Assembly: GCA_944393195.1 (NCBI GenBank)
Contig: CALXZG010000006.1
Span: forward strand, 1,226-65,225
Direction: 5' to 3'
From: an uncultured Alphaproteobacteria bacterium
GTDB lineage: Bacteria > Pseudomonadota > Alphaproteobacteria > CAAHEQ01 > UBA3637
DNA: 64,000 nt
The notes below the pieces were generated by a model. It searched no databases and was not told the origin of the DNA. It worked only from the letters and a program-made list of their open reading frames with translations. Below, in pieces: positions 20,859-29,741 of the stretch (position 1 is its first letter; each line of letters starts with the position of its first letter). Made by a program: the position numbers and the translations under genes.

Positions 20859-21524
20859 TTATCGGCTATATGAATAATTGGTACGTCTGATTCGGATTTC
20901 GGCCATTTGTCGTTGGTTGGATTTTTCCGATTTACGACCTTCCAGATTTTTATCTCGACCATCGACATCTTTAATTTGTTCATAGGAGGTCATCGGGGTT
21001 GAGGCACGTTTCAGCGTTTCGCTTAATACCGATCGAAAATCTTTATCGGATGTGTATTGTTTTAAATCACCGGCGGCACGCGTGAATTGTTCGGCCGCAC
21101 GGGTGTGTTTGGATCCAAAAGCACCATAACGTGCCATATTGGCCATTCCTTTCAGGCCGTTTTTGACACGACCGCGCATCAGATTGGTCATATTATCTTT
21201 TGTCCGTTCGGCACTTTGCGGTTGGTTGGCCAACGTTTTGATGGCTTTTTGTAATTGTTTGCGAGCCTCTGTCATTTTTTGCAGTCGGATTTGTTCCTTT
21301 TGCGTTTGTTGTGACAAGTTGCGTTGTTTGGCTTTTTCCAATAATTTTTTTAACCGATCGGCATTTTTTTCTTTTGCAATTAAATTCAACAAAGCGCGAT
21401 CGGTTATGCTGAGAGAGGTCTTTTCAAACCGCTCGCGTTGAGCACGACTGAGCGGTCGGGTACGTTCCAAGCGCCGGTGAATATATTTAGGACGAAAGCG
21501 GTCTGTTCGGTTATTCATGGGCAT
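20859..21524 (-). CDS. Hypothetical basic, low-complexity/coiled protein
   Basis: 221 aa ORF, rich in R/K/Q, with no recognisable motif. Confidence 0.4.
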   Translation of the reverse strand: MPMNNRTDRFRPKYIHRRLERTRPLSRAQRERFEKTSLSITDRALLNLIAKEKNADRLKKLLEKAKQRNLSQQTQKEQIRLQKMTEARKQLQKAIKTLANQPQSAERTKDNMTNLMRGRVKNGLKGMANMARYGAFGSKHTRAAEQFTRAAGDLKQYTSDKDFRSVLSETLKRASTPMTSYEQIKDVDGRDKNLEGRKSEKSNQRQMAEIRIRRTNYSYSR

Positions 21525-21667
21525 GGTAGTGTCCTCCTCTTCTTTTATTATACCACAAAAACGATATCCGGCAAATTTTTGTGGTGAAAGCGGGTGGAAA
21601 ACGATTGCAATTTGTTTTTAAAAAATATATATTAAATCAGATTAAATAACGAAAAAGGGTCTATGGT

Positions 21668-22630
21668 ATGAGTGCTGTTAAAGAAGAATTTTTACGTTTA
21701 CAAGAATATATGAACTCTCGCATTATCGGACAGGCGGGATTGGTTCAAAAATTGTTGGTTGCTTTGTTGAGTGACGGGCATTTATTGGTGGAAGGATTGC
21801 CGGGGCTGGCCAAAACAAAGGCGGTTAAAATTTTAGCCGAAACAATTGATGCGGAAGCGCAACGGATTCAATTTACGCCGGATTTATTGCCGTCGGATAT
21901 TACGGGCAGTGATGTGTACCGGCCGGAAACAAATAGCTTTTTCTTTCAAAAAGGGCCTATTTTTAACAATTTGATTTTAGCGGATGAAATTAATCGGGCT
22001 CCGGCAAAAGTACAGTCGGCTTTGTTAGAGGCTATGGGTGAGCGGCAGGCGACAATCGGAAACGAAACATATCAATTGCCGGACTTGTTTATGGTAATGG
22101 CGACACAGAATCCGATTGAACAGGAGGGAACGTATCGGTTGCCGGAAGCGCAGTTGGATCGGTTCTTAATGTATGTTAAAATTGATTACCCCGATATTGC
22201 ATCGGAACGGCAGATTTTAAAGCTTGTCCAAGGGGAAGAAAAGAAAATGCCGCCGCCGCGGTTTCCCAAGTTGCGGCAAGAGAAGATTTTTGTGGCACGT
22301 CGGGAAGTGTTGGATACCTATATGTCACCGGAATTGGAAGAATATATCGTGCAGTTTATTATGGCGACGCGGCAACCCGAAGCGTATGGAGAGGATGTTG
22401 CCAAGTTATTGAGTTACGGAGCCAGTCCGCGCGGGACAATCGCTTTGGATGTGACGGCACGGGCGGCGGCGTGGTTGGCCGGACGTGATTTTGTGACGCC
22501 GAAGGATATTCAGGATTTAATTCCGGCCGTTTTGCGGCATCGTATCATTCCGTCGTTTGAAGCCAAATCCATGCAGATGTCGACGGATGATATATTGGCT
22601 TTGTTATTAGAACGGGTGCCGTTGCCATAG
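21668..22630 (+). CDS. MoxR-family AAA+ ATPase
   Basis: 320 aa with Walker A GLPGLAKT, Walker B ILADEINRA and ATQNP. The motifs and size are typical of MoxR. Confidence 0.9.
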   Translation: MSAVKEEFLRLQEYMNSRIIGQAGLVQKLLVALLSDGHLLVEGLPGLAKTKAVKILAETIDAEAQRIQFTPDLLPSDITGSDVYRPETNSFFFQKGPIFNNLILADEINRAPAKVQSALLEAMGERQATIGNETYQLPDLFMVMATQNPIEQEGTYRLPEAQLDRFLMYVKIDYPDIASERQILKLVQGEEKKMPPPRFPKLRQEKIFVARREVLDTYMSPELEEYIVQFIMATRQPEAYGEDVAKLLSYGASPRGTIALDVTARAAAWLAGRDFVTPKDIQDLIPAVLRHRIIPSFEAKSMQMSTDDILALLLERVPLP

Positions 22631-22639
22631 GGAGGAAAA

Positions 22640-23560
22640 ATGCCTTTTGACGTGCCGCATAATCCGGTGACGGTTTCGCAAGATGATTTGGTGGCTTTAA
22701 AAGCTTTGGCGCGTCATGCAAAAGCCCCTGAAACACGGCAGGCGGTTATGAACGGCGTTGGGGATACGCGTTCCCCTTTTCGGACACGCGGGCTTGATTT
22801 TCAGGAAATGCGGGCGTATCAGCCGGGAGATGACATTCGGCAGATTAATTGGCGAATGACGGCTAAATATGGTAAGCCTTTTACAAAGTTATACACGGAA
22901 GAAAAAGAACGTCCGGTTTATTTGGTGTGTGATATGCGCAGTCGGATGAAATTCGCCAGTCGCGGTGATTTTAAATCGGTTGTGGCGGCACGATTGACGA
23001 TGTTTTTGGGGTGGTTGGCAGAGCGTAAAAGGGATAGAATCCGGACATTGTTAATTTTACCGGACTTAATTAAGACACGTCGGTTGGACAGTGGGGAGGA
23101 CGGGCTTTTGCATTTTATTCCCGATGTGACGGCTGCGGCGGTTCCGACGCAGACAGGGGCGGATGAAACTTCTTTGACACAGGCGGTCACCGAAATCGGT
23201 CGCATGGCGGAAAGCGGGGCGTTGATCTTTGTGTGTAGCGATTGCCGCGACATGACGACGGCGACGGTTAAGGAATTAGCCCGAATCGGTCGCAAAAGTG
23301 AGATAGCATTGATTCAGATTTATGATGAGATGGAAGCCCGTTTGCCGACCGGTGTTTTTCCGATGACAAACGGTCGGGAACGAATCGTCGTCAATACGGC
23401 GGAAAAGGGATTGCAGGATACTTTTGCGCGCAGTTTTCGGCAGCAGACAGCATTTATTCGTGAGAACGCGACACGATACGGGTGGGGATATGTACCGGTG
23501 CGGACAACGGATGAATATTTGGCTTTGGTGGCGGCTTTTTGTTTAAGGGGGCAGGGATGA
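22640..23560 (+). CDS. DUF58 domain protein (MoxR partner)
   Basis: 306 aa containing RAYQPGDDIRQINWRMTAK, the hallmark DUF58 motif. It lies immediately downstream of moxR. Confidence 0.85.
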   Translation: MPFDVPHNPVTVSQDDLVALKALARHAKAPETRQAVMNGVGDTRSPFRTRGLDFQEMRAYQPGDDIRQINWRMTAKYGKPFTKLYTEEKERPVYLVCDMRSRMKFASRGDFKSVVAARLTMFLGWLAERKRDRIRTLLILPDLIKTRRLDSGEDGLLHFIPDVTAAAVPTQTGADETSLTQAVTEIGRMAESGALIFVCSDCRDMTTATVKELARIGRKSEIALIQIYDEMEARLPTGVFPMTNGRERIVVNTAEKGLQDTFARSFRQQTAFIRENATRYGWGYVPVRTTDEYLALVAAFCLRGQG

Positions 23561-24027
23561 CGATTGATTTATCGGGGTTGCGGGATATTCAGGCGGCCGT
23601 TGCGCCGGAATGGTGGCCCCCGGCGGTCGGTTGGTGGGTGCTTGCCGGCGGGATATGTGTGGTTATCGGTATCGGTGTGTTGTCTTTTGTCTGGTGGTAT
23701 CGACAACCGAAGCAATTTGCTTTACGGGAATTAAAACAATTATATCGAACGTATGAACATCCGGTTGTTTTGGCGCGTCAGATGTCGGCTTTGTTTAAAC
23801 GGGTTGCGTTGGTTTTATATCCGCGGGAACGGACGGCGAAGTTGGCAGCCGAAGATTGGCAGGCTTTTTTGGGGCAGAAAACAAATGGCGCGTTAACACA
23901 GGAGCAAACAAAACTGCTTGCTTTTTCCACATATTTGCCGGATAATACGTTAACACCGGATTCGCGGGAGGCTTTGTATGAAGCCGGACGGCGGGGAATA
24001 ATAGAGATGTTTCGAAAAAAGAGGTAA
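23557..24027 (+). CDS. DUF4381-like single-pass membrane protein
   Basis: WWPPAVGWWVLAGG is followed by a TM segment and then ALRELKQL. This position in MoxR/DUF58 (Bat-like) operons is typical. The start overlaps the DUF58 stop (GGGATGA). Confidence 0.6.
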   Translation: MTIDLSGLRDIQAAVAPEWWPPAVGWWVLAGGICVVIGIGVLSFVWWYRQPKQFALRELKQLYRTYEHPVVLARQMSALFKRVALVLYPRERTAKLAAEDWQAFLGQKTNGALTQEQTKLLAFSTYLPDNTLTPDSREALYEAGRRGIIEMFRKKR

Positions 24028-24030
24028 CAG

Positions 24031-24840
24031 ATGGAAATTAAGTCATCGGATTTACGGGAAGTTGTTCAATTATTATCGGAAGGGCGCGGGAGTGTGTCGC
24101 CGGCTGTTGCCACGGTACCGCCACCGCCCGAAATCGGACAGACTTTGTCGCAGGCGGGGGAGGCGGCCGCGGGGGTGTCTTTATTGGTGACGATGTCGTA
24201 TCGGTCGATATCGGGTAATGAAAAAAACAGGGATATTTTGATCCGGCGGATTATTCATGCCAAAGGTGATTTATATATTGACGGGGTTGCGATGGATATT
24301 CGCGCGCCGCGGTTGATTAAGCTTGGGAACGTGACGGAAATTCGGGATATCGGATCGGGTCGGGTTTATACCAATCCGTATGAATTTGTTCAAAATCGAT
24401 TAGGGATTGATGTTAAGGGGCGAGTATCGGCGGTTGCTGCCGATGTGATTCCGGCGCCTGTGAATGATTTTGCCAAGGTGATTGACCGGTTGGGACATGA
24501 AATAACGGTTTTGATGTATTTATCGTCAATTGACGGGGTGCGGCGAAAAGAAGAACGGCAAAAAGTGATTGATTATGTGAAGGCTCGGACGACCGATTTG
24601 CGGTATGATGAGCAGGAATTGAACGACTATTTAATTTCCATTGCGCCGGATGAAGAAAGTTTTACGTTGGCTTTGGGACGGGCTGTCAATAAGGGAAAAG
24701 AGACCGTTCAAGGATTGATGGAAACGATGGTTAAGATCATTATGGCAGACAGTCAGGTGGATTCACGGGAACGGCAATTCCTGATTCGCATGATGGATTT
24801 ATTGGAATCCGAAGGGTATGAATTTAACTTGCCCGTTTAA
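24031..24840 (+). CDS. Hypothetical protein: N-terminal beta-rich (WYL-like?) region plus C-terminal TerB-like helical domain
   Basis: The C-terminal half contains two copies of a TerB-like pattern (YLSSIDGVRRKEERQKVIDY and IIMADSQVDSRERQFLIRMM). The N-terminal assignment is weak. Confidence 0.45.
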   Translation: MEIKSSDLREVVQLLSEGRGSVSPAVATVPPPPEIGQTLSQAGEAAAGVSLLVTMSYRSISGNEKNRDILIRRIIHAKGDLYIDGVAMDIRAPRLIKLGNVTEIRDIGSGRVYTNPYEFVQNRLGIDVKGRVSAVAADVIPAPVNDFAKVIDRLGHEITVLMYLSSIDGVRRKEERQKVIDYVKARTTDLRYDEQELNDYLISIAPDEESFTLALGRAVNKGKETVQGLMETMVKIIMADSQVDSRERQFLIRMMDLLESEGYEFNLPV

Positions 24841-24855
24841 TGACGCTTTTTTTGC

Positions 24856-24884
24856 TTGACTTTTTATAAAATGATTTGTATACT
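24856..24884 (+). promoter_or_regulatory. Sigma70-type promoter for rpmG
   Basis: TTGACT, 17 nt, TATACT, located 38 nt upstream of the rpmG ATG. Confidence 0.6.
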
Positions 24885-24921
24885 GATGAAACTTGTTTAA
24901 CAAAGGTAGAGGAAGAAGACT

Positions 24922-25089
24922 ATGGCAAAGCCGACAACGATTGAAATTAAATTGGAAAGCAGTGCGGGAACGGGTACTTTTTATGTGACCAAGAAAAACC
25001 CGCGGAAAAAGACGGAAAAAATGAAAATCCGCAAGTATGACAAAAAAGCGCGCAAACACGTTGAATTTGTCGAAAAGAAGATTAAATAA
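24922..25089 (+). CDS. rpmG: 50S ribosomal protein L33
   Basis: Below the ORF-track size cutoff, so I translated it myself: [55 protein letters not shown] (55 aa). A GGTAGAGGAAG RBS lies upstream. Confidence 0.9.
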   Translation: MAKPTTIEIKLESSAGTGTFYVTKKNPRKKTEKMKIRKYDKKARKHVEFVEKKIK

Positions 25090-25119
25090 ACGTCTTTGGC
25101 TATCATGATAATGTGAAAA

Positions 25120-25147
25120 AACCTTTCGATTATGAAAGGTTTTTTTG
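25120..25147 (+). terminator. Intrinsic terminator after rpmG
   Basis: An ACCTTTC-gattat-GAAAGGT hairpin is followed by TTTTTTT. Confidence 0.75.
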
Positions 25148-25175
25148 TGGGAAAAAGAGGTGTTGTAGAAATAAG

Positions 25176-25204
25176 TTGACAAAAATATAAGTATGTGATA
25201 TTCT
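25176..25204 (+). promoter_or_regulatory. Sigma70-type promoter for the helical-repeat protein gene
   Basis: TTGACA, 17 nt, TATTCT, located 55 nt upstream of ATG 25259. Confidence 0.5.
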
Positions 25205-25258
25205 GATAAAAAGAAAACGGCAGAGAAGCGGGATAAAAATTGTAACGGGGCGAACAAA

Positions 25259-26782
25259 ATGGTTGATAAAATAACGGAAGAAGATATTTGGACACGTTTG
25301 GCCGGTGTGAAGCGCGGGCAAGATGCGATTTATCGTTCGGTTCGTTTTTTATGGGATGCGATGAGATTCTTTCATTTGTCGGATGAATGTTGTGCCGAGG
25401 TTTTAAAAAGTGATTTGCGTATGGGGTTTCTGGTGGCACGCATTGCCCAACACGATTTACGGTTTTCACCGGAATTGGTACGGGATTGGCAGGAAGCCTT
25501 TGACATAACACGGGAAGATGTCCGGCACATCTTTGTTAAAAATGTGCATGGATTGGCTTTGCCGGTATCGATGGTCGCGGATCGTGTTCAAACCGTTTCG
25601 GATTATTTTCAGGCGTGCGGGTATGGGCGTTCTGCTTTTATCAAAGCTTTTCTGGCGTATCCGACGTTATTCGGGCAGCCGGCCGAAACGATTATCGGGC
25701 ATATAGAGTCCGTATCACGGCATTTTGCGCCGGACGGATTGACGCAAAAGATGTATGTCGGCATGGCGTTGAATAACCCGTCATTATTTTTTCTGGACGG
25801 ACAAAGAACGATTGATCGGGTGGAAGCGATTTTATCTTGGTTTCATAAAGGCGGGATCAAACGTTCGGTCGGTATGCAGCGAATCATGCATAACCCATCT
25901 TTATTTTATGTGAAAACAGAAACGGTTATCGGGCATGTGGAACAAGCGACATCTGTGTTGCAGGCGTATGGTGTGTCGTCAGAAGTGTATCGGAAGGCTG
26001 TCGGGAATCAGCCGGCTTTATTCTTTACCGATGCGGAAATGATGCGGAAACGGATTGAAACGGTTGTAAATCATTTTCGGGAAGAGGGTTTGACGGAAAA
26101 GGGCTATGCGGCGATTGCGGTTGCTTTACCCCGGCTATTGTTGGGAGATCCGAATCGGATGATTCATCATATTGAATCGGTACAGCGTCATTTTGCGCAG
26201 GACGGGATGACTATGCGTGATTATGTGCGGGCGGCGATCAAGCAAAAGACGTTATTCAGTCAGAATCCGCAAACAATTATTCGGCATATTGAAACGGTTT
26301 TATCCGTTGTTCAAGCGGCCGGAGGGAGTCGGCAGGATTATGTTGCGGCCGCCTTAAAACAACCGACTTTATTCAGTTTGGATACGGAAACGGTTTTGCG
26401 GCATGCGCGTTTCGTGATTCAAACAGGATTGCGGCTTGGTATTTGGAATGAAGAAAAGGCCACATGGGCATGGTTGTGTCGACGGCCGGTTGTGTTGTGT
26501 TTATCGGATGAGAATTTGCGACGACGGGAGCTATTGGGCAAAATGCAAAAAAACGCCGGACAGGCTGTTTTTAAGAATATTTTCAGTATTAGTCGTTTCG
26601 ATGTGTTACAACAGATGTGTTTGTTAAACGGTATTGTGTTGGGGGAATTATATGCGGATATTGATGCCCGGCAATTAAAACGGGCTGCGGCTTCCAAAGT
26701 GATTCGTCATCAACGGGATGAGGTTGCTTTCCGATATGTGCGGCGGCAGTATACCGCGAATCAGAAAGATCCGCGGGTATGA
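25259..26782 (+). CDS. Tandem 39-aa helical-repeat protein (mTERF-like consensus)
   Basis: 507 aa. At least six or seven consecutive units share the pattern P-x-L-F-x(5-6)-T-(I/V)-I-x-H-(I/V)-E-x-V-x(3)-F-x(3)-G-(L/M)-(T/S)-x(3)-Y. The PTLF, PSLF, PSLF, PALF, PRLL, KTLF and PTLF anchors are spaced 39 aa apart. Confidence 0.7.
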   Translation: MVDKITEEDIWTRLAGVKRGQDAIYRSVRFLWDAMRFFHLSDECCAEVLKSDLRMGFLVARIAQHDLRFSPELVRDWQEAFDITREDVRHIFVKNVHGLALPVSMVADRVQTVSDYFQACGYGRSAFIKAFLAYPTLFGQPAETIIGHIESVSRHFAPDGLTQKMYVGMALNNPSLFFLDGQRTIDRVEAILSWFHKGGIKRSVGMQRIMHNPSLFYVKTETVIGHVEQATSVLQAYGVSSEVYRKAVGNQPALFFTDAEMMRKRIETVVNHFREEGLTEKGYAAIAVALPRLLLGDPNRMIHHIESVQRHFAQDGMTMRDYVRAAIKQKTLFSQNPQTIIRHIETVLSVVQAAGGSRQDYVAAALKQPTLFSLDTETVLRHARFVIQTGLRLGIWNEEKATWAWLCRRPVVLCLSDENLRRRELLGKMQKNAGQAVFKNIFSISRFDVLQQMCLLNGIVLGELYADIDARQLKRAAASKVIRHQRDEVAFRYVRRQYTANQKDPRV

Positions 26783-26783
26783 T

Positions 26784-26807
26784 AAAACCGGCCGTGAAGC
26801 CGGTTTT
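26784..26807. terminator. Bidirectional intrinsic terminator between convergent genes
   Basis: AAAACCGGC-cgtgaa-GCCGGTTTT, with A/T runs on both sides. Confidence 0.75.
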
Positions 26808-26832
26808 ATCGGGTTTAATGAACCCCTTTATT

Positions 26833-27036
26833 TTATTTCAGCGTCAAATTTGTGGCGCATGTTTTACCATTTTCTTCCTTTAAATCATAGGCGATCGGTT
26901 GATTTTCATCTAACCCGCGCAATTTGGCATCATGAACGGCCGTAATGTGAACAAAGACATCTTTATCCCCTTCGTCCGGCGTAATAAAGCCATATCCTTT
27001 TTTATAGTTGAACCACTTTACTTTACCTGTCAACAT
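26833..27036 (-). CDS. cspA: Cold-shock protein (CSD)
   Basis: 67 aa: MLTGKVKWFNYKKGYGFITPDEGDKDVFVHITAV, with RNP1/RNP2 motifs. A ~200 nt untranslated leader region lies upstream. Confidence 0.92.
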   Translation of the reverse strand: MLTGKVKWFNYKKGYGFITPDEGDKDVFVHITAVHDAKLRGLDENQPIAYDLKEENGKTCATNLTLK

Positions 27037-27237
27037 ACCTAATAACTCCTAATTAAAAAGCCTTATCATCGGCGAAAATTCGATAGACATTGATCGCCTG
27101 AGGAAAGGGAAAAGGGGTGAGATCTATAACCCCGTCTTTCAACCACATCCCCCCCCGATATACAATGAATCGAAGACAAGAATAAGTATAGTCTTCTTTT
27201 GATACAAACGCAAGGAATTTCGGTAATTTGGTGATGT

Positions 27238-27462
27238 TTAATGAATGGCGTGCGGGGTCATGTCATGCTGACGCATGATAATTAAAGCCGTTTGTCTTGT
27301 TGTGGCATGGCCTATCAGCTCACCGCATCCGTTATAGACGGCCCATACCGGTTTATGATTCAACAGTTCTTTTTTCGCGTAAGCCAATCCCGAATCCCGA
27401 TCGTCGAAGTCCCAATCCGGGATATTATCAAAGTCAAAAAAATCTAGCTCTTTCGATGACAT
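27238..27462 (-). CDS. DUF1150-like small protein
   Basis: 74 aa immediately downstream of, and overlapping, hsp20. From memory this pairing is typical of alphaproteobacteria. Confidence 0.55.
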   Translation of the reverse strand: MSSKELDFFDFDNIPDWDFDDRDSGLAYAKKELLNHKPVWAVYNGCGELIGHATTRQTALIIMRQHDMTPHAIH

Positions 27463-27893
27463 GTTTTCCTCGGCGTTTGTAATAAAACGGGTTGCGATTC
27501 GGTTTGAATGGTAATTTTTTCGATTCGGGTTTTCTTTTCGGGACGTTGCAGGTCAATATGCAACAATCCGTTTTCCAACCGGGCGGACAGGATTTTCATC
27601 CCGTCGGCTAACACAAATGATTTTAAAAATGTTCGTGCCGCAATACCGCGATGTAAGTAACGGCGAGTTGCATCATTTTCCTGATGACCGCGAATGACAA
27701 GTTGGTTATCCTCTAATGTAATATCCAAATTATTTTCCAGATAACCGGCAACAGCCAATGTAATGCGTAAGTCGGTATCGTCTAATTGTTCAATATTATA
27801 TGGCGGAAAACCTTCGGCACTTTTGTTCATGCGGCCGAGCATTTCTTCCAGCTCATCAAAACCAAGCATAAACGGTGTGTTGAATGCCGTCAC
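27444..27893 (-). CDS. Small heat-shock protein (Hsp20/IbpA family)
   Basis: 149 aa with PPYNIEQLDDTDLRITLAVAG...LHRGIAARTF...A-x-LENGLLHIDL, an alpha-crystallin domain. Confidence 0.9.
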   Translation of the reverse strand: MTAFNTPFMLGFDELEEMLGRMNKSAEGFPPYNIEQLDDTDLRITLAVAGYLENNLDITLEDNQLVIRGHQENDATRRYLHRGIAARTFLKSFVLADGMKILSARLENGLLHIDLQRPEKKTRIEKITIQTESQPVLLQTPRKTCHRKS

Positions 27894-27897
27894 CGAG

Positions 27898-29283
27898 TTA
27901 TCCTTCTTTCAACCGACGGGTCAAAATCGCGGCGTCGGCAGCCAATTGCGCATCACGCGGCAGGAGTCCTTCGATTGTCTTAACAGCGTGCATGATTGTT
28001 GTGTGATCCCGATCGAATTGAGCCCCGATATCCGGCAATGAATAGGGTGTCAGTGTTTTGGCCAAATACATAGCCAATTGACGCGGGCGTGCGATTCGGC
28101 GTTCCCGACGTGTTGATTTCAGGTCGAGCAGTGTCAAATCGTAATGTGCGCAGACGGCTTGTTGAATATCGGTAATATGAACGGCCTTTTCACGGATATT
28201 TAAAATGTCCTTTAAGACAGAACGTGTCGTTTCCAAGTTGATTGGACTTCCCATCAATTCGGCGTGCGCCACGATTCGGTTTAAAGCCCCTTCCAGTTCC
28301 CGAACATTGGATGTAATGTTACAGGCCAAGAAATCCAAAACATTGGACGGAATGCTCATGGAAAGGGAAGCCGCTTTTTCCGTTAAAATACCCAAGCGCA
28401 GTTCATAAGAAGCCGGATGAATATCGACAATTAAGCCTTGGGCAATACGGGTTTTGAGGCGATCTTCGATTCCTTGTAAATCCTGAGGCAGCGAATCGGC
28501 GGACAAAACAATTTTTTTACCGCAGGCAATCAATGTATTGAATGTGTGAAAAAACTCTTCCTGAGTCGCTTTTTTGCCGCAGATGAATTGAATATCGTCA
28601 ATCATCAAAACGTCAACGGAACGGAACAAATCCCGGAAGTTGGCCGTGCTTTCAAAGCGATTCGTTTTATCGGGGCGCATTGCACGGATAAATTGGTGAA
28701 AAAATTGTTCGGAGGATAGATACAGAACGCTTTTATCCGGAAATAATTCTTTCATGCGCCAGGCAATGGCATGCATTAAGTGCGTTTTACCCAAGCCGAC
28801 ACCGCCGTGAATGTACAACGGGTTAAAGGTAATCGAATCGTCTTCGGCTATTTTACGGGCGGCGGCACACGCAAATTGGTTGGACGGACCGACAACAAAT
28901 GTATCGAATGTATGCGCCGGATCCAATAAAGACGGAATGGCTTTATTTTCTTCGGGTTCAACGGCCAGAGTGACCGTCGGCATTGTTTTTTGTGTTCTGA
29001 CCGGATGAGCCGTCGGTCGCGGTGTCACGGCCAATTGTAAATCCAATCCGCCGATTTCGGCGTTTTGTTCCTGCCACAAAGACAAGATTTGATCGGCATA
29101 GTTTTGCTTTACCAATTCATGGATGCAAGGGGACGGAACCAATAAATTAACGCGGTTATTTTCAATTTTATCCGGAACGATTTTCGACAGCCATCGGACC
29201 GCGAACCGGTCGTGTTGTTCTTCCTGAATGCGGGCGCAGATAGCTGCCCATTGGCCCAGAATGGTATCCTGTGAACAATCCAT
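27898..29283 (-). CDS. dnaA: Chromosomal replication initiator DnaA
   Basis: 461 aa with Walker A GGVGLGKTHLMHAI, Walker B LMIDDIQF, sensor motifs and the C-terminal DNA-binding segment HTTIMHA. Confidence 0.93.
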   Translation of the reverse strand: MDCSQDTILGQWAAICARIQEEQHDRFAVRWLSKIVPDKIENNRVNLLVPSPCIHELVKQNYADQILSLWQEQNAEIGGLDLQLAVTPRPTAHPVRTQKTMPTVTLAVEPEENKAIPSLLDPAHTFDTFVVGPSNQFACAAARKIAEDDSITFNPLYIHGGVGLGKTHLMHAIAWRMKELFPDKSVLYLSSEQFFHQFIRAMRPDKTNRFESTANFRDLFRSVDVLMIDDIQFICGKKATQEEFFHTFNTLIACGKKIVLSADSLPQDLQGIEDRLKTRIAQGLIVDIHPASYELRLGILTEKAASLSMSIPSNVLDFLACNITSNVRELEGALNRIVAHAELMGSPINLETTRSVLKDILNIREKAVHITDIQQAVCAHYDLTLLDLKSTRRERRIARPRQLAMYLAKTLTPYSLPDIGAQFDRDHTTIMHAVKTIEGLLPRDAQLAADAAILTRRLKEG

Positions 29284-29623
29284 GATGTCTTCCTTATTCC
29301 GAAATTAAACCGATGTCATCAGTAAAACAGGTTTTGCCGGGAAAAGCAACCGTTAAATCCGAAAAAAATAAAAATAAAAAACTTGACCCAATATCTTGTG
29401 GTTTTGATACTAAATATAGTGCATACTCTTTTACGCGTTTTAAGAAATGCTATAATAAACAAAAGGTTATCATTTTATGCCGACGAATGGGTGACGACGG
29501 CTTTTTAAAAAAACGGTTAAAACGATTTTTCGGGGGTGTGTAAAAGAGATAAAAATTTCAATCGGTTTTTACTTTTTTCCGATTCGGAAAGAGCCCTTTG
29601 TTGTGATGAAAAAGAATTCGAAG

Positions 29624-29655
29624 TGTAACAATTTAATGTACATTAAATTGTTACA
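29624..29655. promoter_or_regulatory. Perfect 32-bp palindrome upstream of paralog P2 (putative operator)
   Basis: TGTAACAATTTAATGT|ACATTAAATTGTTACA is exactly self-complementary. A homologous degenerate copy lies at 46318-46349 upstream of P3. Confidence 0.6.
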
Positions 29656-29741
29656 GTTTTTATAACATAATCGGGTGGGTGACGCAAGTCCTTTTTTATT
29701 AAGAATTAATCGGTTATCGATTTGTCATTTTTTGTCCAAAG

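Noticed and set aside
24799-25511. Minus-strand ORFs 24799-25257, 24981-25511 and 25130-25321 across the rpmG region
   Set aside because: These are AT-rich intergenic and antisense readings with F/L/I/S-rich nonsense sequence. They overlap rpmG, its promoter and terminator, and the 5' end of the repeat-protein gene.
27037-27237. Possible ncRNA or riboswitch in the 200-nt gap between DUF1150 and cspA
   Set aside because: This is best explained as the long 5' UTR that cspA-family genes typically carry. I found no independent conserved structure by eye.
29284-29623. Possible oriC with DnaA boxes upstream of dnaA
   Set aside because: The region is AT-rich, but I found only weak partial matches to TTATCCACA/TGTGGATAA (for example cttgtggtttt and ttatcgatt) and no clustered array. 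Alphaproteobacterial origins are usually not next to dnaA. This cannot be settled without whole-genome skew analysis.
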